Below are positions 57,347 to 64,000 of a stretch of 64,000 nt of DNA, in pieces. The notes below the pieces were generated by a model. It made no database searches and was not told the origin of the DNA. It was given only the letters and a program-made list of their open reading frames with translations. The position numbers were made by a program, and so were the translations under genes. The DNA is taken from NCBI GenBank assembly GCA_963668625.2, contig CAXXKA010000003.1, forward strand, positions 35,000 to 98,999. The letters are read 5' to 3'. Origin of the DNA: an uncultured candidate division Zixibacteria bacterium (GTDB lineage: Bacteria > Zixibacteria > MSB-5A5 > UBA10806 > 4484-95). The stretch's first letter is position 1; each line of letters begins with the position of its first letter.

Positions 57347-57489
57347 AGAAGGTGTATGTATGTTATTAAATAATGATCATCTGAATTCTGATTGTTTTAA
57401 TGTATTAAATAGAATAAGAGAATTCTATGATAATTTATCTTTCACTATTATGAATTTCTCAACCTTAGACATTAGGAGTGTTATTTATT

Positions 57490-57980
57490 TCTATAGCAGA
57501 CGGTATATTTATACTTGATGCAAATGTTTTTATTGAAGATACTATGTTTTTACCTGGTTCCAAAATTCTGGGATATCCTTATTGATTATGCAAGATCAGG
57601 TAGAATTGAAAGTATTGATAGGATTAAGCAGGAGCTAAGTAAAAGTAAAGATGATTTAGCTGATTGGGCAAAAAAATAGCTTCGGCTTTGTTTCTATTTC
57701 AACAGATGGTACGGATATCACTAGCTCTCATTCAAGAATAATTAATTGGATTCAAAGAAATCAACAGTTTGCCAATACTGCTAAAACTGATTATGCCGGC
57801 AGCGATGATGGGTGGTTGATAGCTTACGCTTTGTCAAAAAAAAGAACAATAATCATACATGAAATATTTTCTTCAGATGTTAAGAAGAAAATACCAATCC
57901 CTAATGTATGCAAAGAATTCGATATTGACTATAAAAATACTTTTGAAATGTTAAGACTACTTGGTTTTAAGCTCACTTAA
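57490..57980 (+). pseudogene. Degraded DUF4411 (PIN-domain) gene; 5' boundary approximate
   Basis: Fragments in shifted frames: ILDANVFIE, KFWDILID..SIDRIK.EL...DDLADWAK and D.WLIAYA...HE.....KKIPIPNVC.EF.I....FEMLR. Confidence 0.75.
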
Positions 57981-58078
57981 TCTAATATCTAATATGATCA
58001 ACCATATTATCTAATATAAACTTTCCCTTGCCACATTCCTCATTTTATATATATTTATCCGAAAACGGAGGTTATTTA

Positions 58079-58642
58079 ATGCTTGATACATCAAATTTTC
58101 GACCGGGATTAAGATTAAAGATTGAGAACGATCTCTATACCATAATCGATTTCCAACACTCTCAGACCGGCCGCGGTCGCGCTAATGTCTGGACTAAACT
58201 GAAAAATATCCGCACCGGTCAGGTTATCGAACGCACATATTCGGGCGGCGAACGTTTCGAGGAACCCGATTTCGAACAGAAAACCATGCAATACCTGTAT
58301 AGCGATCCTGACGGTTTCCATTTCATGGATAGCCGTACTTACGATCAGATCATGCTCATGGAGGATCAGGTAGGCGGTTATAAATGGTATCTTCAGGAAA
58401 ACCTCGAATACGAAATTCTGTTTTTCGAGGGCAATCCGATCAATGTCGAGATGCCGTCCTCGGTGGTACTAGCAGTAATCGAGGCTGAACCGGCTGTCAA
58501 AGGCGATTCTGTTTCTAATATTACGAAAAACGCCAAAGTGGAAACCGGCCTCGATATCAGGGTGCCGCTTTTCATTAAAGAGGGCGATAAAATCAAAATC
58601 GATACTCGTGAGGGCAAATATCTCGAACGAGTTAAAGAATAG
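58079..58642 (+). CDS. efp: Translation elongation factor P (Arg-tip type)
   Basis: FRPGL, TKLKN..TG, YLY.D...FHFMD..TY.Q and VPLFI..G..I..DTR.G.Y motifs; ggagg RBS. Confidence 0.95.
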   Translation: MLDTSNFRPGLRLKIENDLYTIIDFQHSQTGRGRANVWTKLKNIRTGQVIERTYSGGERFEEPDFEQKTMQYLYSDPDGFHFMDSRTYDQIMLMEDQVGGYKWYLQENLEYEILFFEGNPINVEMPSSVVLAVIEAEPAVKGDSVSNITKNAKVETGLDIRVPLFIKEGDKIKIDTREGKYLERVKE

Positions 58643-59289
58643 TGTACGAGGAACTGATCGAATCCGGCCTTATCGGTACCGATGAGGCTGGCAAAGGTGA
58701 TTATTTTGGCCCGCTCGTTTGCGCCGCTTGCTACCTGAACACAGATCTATATGATATCCTTTCCACTACCGGTATTCGTGATTCCAAGAAGATATCCAAC
58801 GGTAAGGTTAAAACCATTGCCGCCGAGATCAAAAAGTACTGTCCGCATAATATTATCGCGATAGGCCCGGAAAAATACAATCAGCTTTACGCCAAAATGA
58901 AAAATCTCAATCGTCTCCTGGCCTGGGCTCATGCTAAAGCGATCGAGAACGTACTTTCGAAAGTAAATGCCAATCATGTACTGACCGATAAATTCGGTAA
59001 TGAAAAACTGGTAGAAGATGCTCTTCAGAGGGAAGGCAAAAATATCAACCTGATACAGGTTCCCAGAGCCGAGGCCAACCCCGCCGTGGCCGCCGCCTCG
59101 GTACTGGCCCGGGCGGAATTCCTCTGGCGGCTGGAAAGCTTGTCGAAAGACTACGACGTTGATCTTCACGCCGGAGCCGGGGCGCCAACCGATAATGCCG
59201 CTCGTACATTCATAAAAAGGCATGGCGCGGATAAACTTCCATTGGTAGCCAAGTATCATTTCAAGAATACTCGAAAAGTTCTTCCCTGA
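58642..59289 (+). CDS. rnhC: Ribonuclease HIII catalytic domain only
   Basis: IGTDEAGKGDYFGPL, DSK, VAAASVLAR and K.HF motifs. Confidence 0.85.
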   Translation: MYEELIESGLIGTDEAGKGDYFGPLVCAACYLNTDLYDILSTTGIRDSKKISNGKVKTIAAEIKKYCPHNIIAIGPEKYNQLYAKMKNLNRLLAWAHAKAIENVLSKVNANHVLTDKFGNEKLVEDALQREGKNINLIQVPRAEANPAVAAASVLARAEFLWRLESLSKDYDVDLHAGAGAPTDNAARTFIKRHGADKLPLVAKYHFKNTRKVLP

Positions 59290-59368
59290 ACATTCAGAAC
59301 TTTATTCATCCGTTGTCATAAAATACTTGAAAAGGAACCGGAACACAGGTAGTATATCAGCGGAGGAT

Positions 59369-60161
59369 ATGATGTTGAGACAATTAAGTATCTTTTTCGT
59401 GATCGCATTAATTTCGTCAATGGCCTGTACTGATTCGCCGACTGTCTCGGCAACTGTCGAGGTAGGATTATATCTTCAGGTTAGTCAGGCCGATTATGAT
59501 TCGGTTTATATCGTTATCGATTCGGTGTTTCTGGTTTCCGCTGATGACTCAGCCGAACGAACGCTCGTCAATATCGGCCCCGATACCGTGATAGCCTCCG
59601 AATATCGCAACGGCCGGAACTACCCGCTAAGCCTGGTAAAGACTTCGACCGCAGCTTTTTGGTTCGATTGAACTAGGGTTCCATGATGGTAGAATTGTTG
59701 TTGATGGAGAATCTCATCCGTTGATTTTGCCTGATTATTCTACGTTTTACTGGACAGTAAATAGAGATATAGCGATAAATAGAGAAAACGATAATGATAT
59801 AGTCCTGAACATAGATTTATTACAGTCTATCGTTTATCATGATGGCTCACAAACCTACGGCTTTAATCCTGAGTTGAAGTATATGGATTACTCTCAAACG
59901 GGAACATTTCGCGGCCGGACATTCCCGCAGGCCGAAATTTCATTATACGATTCGGACACAGATGAACTGGTACGTTTTACTATCAGTGATGGAGCAAACC
60001 TGGAGTTCGGTTTCTACGGACTCGAACAGGATAGGTACGATTTCATATGTATGCCAATAGGTAATGACACCCTTCAGTACGATTCCTTATTCAACGCGAA
60101 TTTCTCGGTATTAGCAGGTCATGATCACGATGTGGGCCTGTTAACTTTACCGGAAAAATAA
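59369..60161 (+). CDS. Lipoprotein, DUF4382-like; split by a frameshift near 59655-59660 (probably a sequencing error)
   Basis: Lipobox SMA-C; the downstream frame runs continuously as GSIELGFHDGRIVVDGESHPLILP after the T5 run. Confidence 0.6.
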
Positions 60162-60169
60162 ACGTTGCT

Positions 60170-61300
60170 ATGCGACGGCGTGAATTCATAATAACCGCGG
60201 CCATCGGATCGGGCATAGCCTTATGCCCGGAAATCCTTACCGGCGAGGTAGAGGCTCAGGATTCCGAATCCGGTGGGCTCACGAGATACCATCACCCGGC
60301 AAAAATATTACACCAAATTAGAAAACGGTATAGTCGAATGCAATCTCTGTCCGCGCAAATGCAAGGTCAGCGATCTGGAAAGAGGCTACTGCGGCGTGCG
60401 AGAGAATATCGATGGCGATTATTATACGCTCGTCTACGATCGTGTTTGCTCGGCCAATATCGACCCTATCGAGAAAAAAGCCATTCTTCCATTTTTTGCC
60501 CGGTACCGAGGCGTTTTCAATCGCCACTGCCGGCTGTAACATGAACTGCAAATTCTGCCAGAACTGGAGTATCTCGCAGTTTCGCCCCGAGGATGTAAAA
60601 CATCACGATATGACTGCAGCCGAATTAGTTAAAATAGCCTCGAAAAATAAATGTCGCTCGGTCGCTTACACGTATTCGGAGCCGACCATTTTCTACGAGT
60701 ACATGTACGATTGCGCGGTCGAGGCAGGCAAGCTCGATATCCGTTCGGCTGTTGTAAGTGCGGGATATATCGAAAAACAACCGCTTCTGGATTTATTGCC
60801 ACTCGTGGATGCGATAAAGATAGATTTGAAAGCTTTTACGGAATCGTATTACGAAGAGGTTGTTAACGGGCAGTTGAGGCCGGTGCTAAATACACTGACT
60901 ACCATAGCGGAGAAAGGCATGTGGCTGGAGATAGTCTATTTGATGCTTCCCGGATTGAACGACAGCGCCGGGGAGATCACGAAAATGTGTAAATGGATAG
61001 TCGCCAATCTCGGGCCGGATGTCCCGGTACATTTCACCCGTTTTCACCCATCCTACTTGATGCAGAATCTGCCTGTTACTCCGCTCGATTCATTGGAGCA
61101 AGCGCATTCGATTGCTTCTGCCGAGGGCGTGCACTATCCCTATATCGGCAATGTTTACGGGCATGAGGCGGAGAGCACTTACTGCCATAGCTGTGGCGAG
61201 CTTCTTATAGGACGAAAAGGATATCAGATAACCGCCAATAAGCTGAATCAGGGGAAATGTCCGGCTTGTAAAAACAGGGATACCCGGCATATGGGACTGA
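60170..61300 (+). CDS. amrS: AmmeMemoRadiSam system radical SAM enzyme with Tat-like N-terminus; three +1 A-run frameshifts
   Basis: C.LCPR.C, CGVREN, DPIEKKP.FHFLPG, GCNMNCKFCQNW.ISQ and YSEP; reconstructed end CPACKTGIPGIWD*. Confidence 0.85.
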
Positions 61301-63391
61301 GCCGTCACGCGATTTATCTGGGCTTGCTTAGCATATCCTATCAGGTCATATATGCCAGGATGGCGATAGGTTTCGCCGGTGGCAACGAGATCTACTTGAG
61401 CATATTCTTTTTGCTCTGGTTCGTATTCACCGCCTCGGGCGCAATACTCATAAAGTCGATTAAACCCGTACCCATGTTTATCATGCTGGGCTTTCTGAGT
61501 TCCATACTGCCCGCTTTTTTTTATCTGGCTACCCGGATATCGGGTACTTTGCCGGGTCAAATCATCTCGCCAACGACTTACCTGATCACGCTGGTAGTAG
61601 TGCTTATGCCCGTTTGCCTGATAAACGGTGGCCTGTTCGCCTCTATTGCTGATGAGATGAAAGGGGAGGGACGATCGGCACGCGTGTATTATAACGAGGC
61701 TTTCGGCGCTTTATTAGCTGGAATTGCAACTACAGGTTACTATCTTTTAGGCGGTAATGATTATTCGCTTCTATTGGGCTTGAGCGTGTTTTGTATACTG
61801 TTTATTCCGGCTAAAAAGAAACTGTTCAAATTCGGCGTGTTGATATTATTTCACCTTATATTCATCATGAATATCGGGGCAACTCTGGAAAGCCAACTCC
61901 TGAAAAATACATTATCAACCGTTCGATTATCAGGGATCGGTTACAGGGAGGTTGGTACGTTACGACTGTGTAAGAAACAGTGATATTACCTCGCTTTACT
62001 CCGGAGGCATGAAAGTCGCAGATTACCCGCCGGAAAAGTCAACCGAGGAGTTGTTCTATTGGCCGTACCTGGTAAAGCCCGATATGAACAGAATAGCGAT
62101 GATTGGCACAGAACATATGGCGCTGGATAAAATCATCCCCGAGGGTATAGACTTAAACATTATCTATCCGGAAACGAGCTGGTACGATCTATTAAATTTA
62201 GCTTTTATACCGGATTCCGGCAGGGTTATCAGGAATGATCCCATCGGCTTTCTCAAGAGTAACATTATCAAGTATGATGCTATTATAGTTAATCGCGGCG
62301 CACTTGTATCGCTTTCGGGGAAACGTTTGGAGACCGAGTATTTCATCAACCTGTGCCGTGACAATCTCAATACGGGTGGTCTCCTGTGTTTCAACGTTCA
62401 GGCTTACCACGGCAACTGGCGAAAGGATTTAACGACCAGATTGGCAGGCCTCTATAATTTGATAAGCAACAAATTCCCTGATATCGATTTTATCCCCGGA
62501 GATAATCTTATGATTATGGCGGGGCAGTCGATCGATTTAACGCCTGATACTATTTTATCCCGTTATCAATCGATGAATATAGAATCGCCTATTTTCAATC
62601 AAAGATATATCAGATCAAAACTCAACCCGTTTAATAAATCACATTTTCAAGAGTCATTGGAAACCACAACAAGGAAGGCCGATCCTCAGGATATAGGTTA
62701 CGGCTTAAGCTATTATCTCTCGCAAACCGGATCGAACATGCTGATGTCGCTTGAGCAATGGCGTAACTACTATTATATTACCATATTAAGTTTGATCTTA
62801 TTAACGATAGCTTTAGGTAAATTCCGTATTGTCATAAATGTTAGTCATTTAAATATACTTTATTTCGGTTCGATATCACTGGCAATAGAATTGGTTGCCA
62901 TGTATAAAATACAGATGATTGGCGGCTATTTGTATATCATTTTAGGTATATTGATCGGGCTGTTCATGATTGGTATGGCCGGAGGATCGTATCTGGGTTC
63001 TTTATTGATGAAATCTCATAACTTGCCGAAAACTTTAGTAAGATGGCTAAACATTACTCTGGGTATCATGATTTGTCTATCACTATTAACCGCCATAGTC
63101 CAATCAAATCAGGTTATTTTGTTAATAATCATTGGATTGGCGGGATTTAGCGGCGGTATGGGCTATGCAATAGGCTCGCTTAAATCCGATAGTCAAGCCG
63201 GCATTCCATACGGAATTGATCTAATGGGAGGAATAATAGGAACGTTAATTGGTCTGGGCATATTGTTTGGGGAATTACGAATCGGCCATTATTTTTTGGC
63301 AATGGCCATTATAGGGATAATTCTTCTTGCAAACAAACAGGCTTTTATTGAAGTATTAGTAAGAACAGGTCGATTAATTCGGCATACGTAA
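61291..63391 (+). CDS. Multi-pass membrane protein with spermidine-synthase-like domain; +1 frameshift near 61905
   Basis: Q....R......GNE, VY..EA.GA..AG, DP..FL.....YDAII, L...G and Y..DL.GG motifs. Confidence 0.7.
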
Positions 63392-63424
63392 AATAGAATA
63401 TTATTAATTCTCATAGGAGGGTTC

Positions 63425-63985
63425 GTGAATAAAAAGAAATTAGGAATTGTAGCATTAACCACTATCGTAGCGATATTCGTAATTATCGCCGCCACGGCAC
63501 AGAAACCGGGCGATTCTCTGTATAGCTATTCGAGATTGACAACCGATATAGCCTTCCGAATTTCAGCTCGTTATGTTGATGATATCGAATCCAAAGAGCT
63601 TATGTATGCCGGTATTAAGGGCATGATGGATATACTTGATCCGTTTTCGGAATTTCTGGAGCAGAAAGATTACGACCGTCTCCAGGAATCCACGAGGGGT
63701 AAATACTCCGGGCTAGGTATGACTATCATGCAGAAAGATGGCATTATTACAGTGGTAGCCCCGATGGAAGGCACGCCTGCCTATCGCATGGGATTGAGAG
63801 CGGGTGATAAAATCGTTAAAATTGATGGCGAGCCTACCCAGGGGATGAGTACCCAGGATGCCTCCGGTTTGATGAGAGGTGAGGCCGGCACTCTGGTGAA
63901 TATTACCATCGAACGTGAGGGTGTCGATAACGCTCTGGATTACTCGATCGAACGCGCGGTGATTGAATTAAAAACCGTGCCGTAG
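63425..63985 (+). CDS. S41 carboxyl-terminal protease (CtpA/Prc-like), N-terminal and PDZ part only
   Basis: YVD......L.Y..I.GM...LDP.S, Y.GLG..I, PA.R.GL..GD.I and RG..GT.V; TAG just before the catalytic domain, near the window end. Confidence 0.85.
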   Translation: MNKKKLGIVALTTIVAIFVIIAATAQKPGDSLYSYSRLTTDIAFRISARYVDDIESKELMYAGIKGMMDILDPFSEFLEQKDYDRLQESTRGKYSGLGMTIMQKDGIITVVAPMEGTPAYRMGLRAGDKIVKIDGEPTQGMSTQDASGLMRGEAGTLVNITIEREGVDNALDYSIERAVIELKTVP

Positions 63986-64000
63986 GCACAACATTCCAGA

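Noticed and set aside
59669-59671. TGA as possible selenocysteine or readthrough
   Set aside because: The continuation is in another frame; explained by the frameshift
59650-61910. Five frameshifts read as programmed slippage or phase variation
   Set aside because: All fall in 5-6 nt homopolymer runs, four are clear +1 A insertions, and they cluster near the sequence end across three unrelated genes; sequencing error is far more likely (check reads)
60412-61983. Apparent 523-aa fusion of a radical SAM enzyme and a membrane protein
   Set aside because: Removing one A from tgtaaaaacagg restores the normal AmrS end (CKTGIPGIWD*, 61300) and a separate ATG at 61291

Overview
64 kb of an ordinary-looking diderm bacterial chromosome. 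The dockerin-like and T9SS-type C-terminal tags together with LapA/LapB suggest an FCB-superphylum organism, possibly Zixibacteria; this taxonomy is inference only. Housekeeping genes include pfkA (partial), gap, pepF, a DUF512-der-plsY-gpsA and xseB-dxs-nadK-recN block, lapAB, mutS, miaB, apt, efp, rnhC, tRNA-Gly(CCC) and tRNA-Pro(CGG). The accessory content is: (i) a putative cohesin-dockerin-cohesin-dockerin scaffold protein and a dockerin-tagged C25 protease, beside three T9SS-CTD-tagged proteins; (ii) an MltC/LPP20/FlgT-like/LpoB/COG3014 envelope cluster, interrupted by a 1.9-kb integrase-less island in tRNA-Gly carrying a DUF4145 gene; (iii) an intact IS4 element and at least five ~255-bp MITEs sharing its ends, three with 9-bp target duplications; (iv) a 49-nt element resembling an isolated tmRNA tRNA-like domain, behind a perfect-SD 7-codon ORF downstream of a NarL regulator; (v) six genes with leaderless-mRNA promoter geometry; (vi) a Tat-signal-bearing AmmeMemoRadiSam radical SAM enzyme coupled to a membrane spermidine-synthase-like gene. 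Frameshifts after ~59.6 kb are homopolymer-run shifts and probably sequencing errors. All family assignments come from motif recognition by eye; no database search was run.
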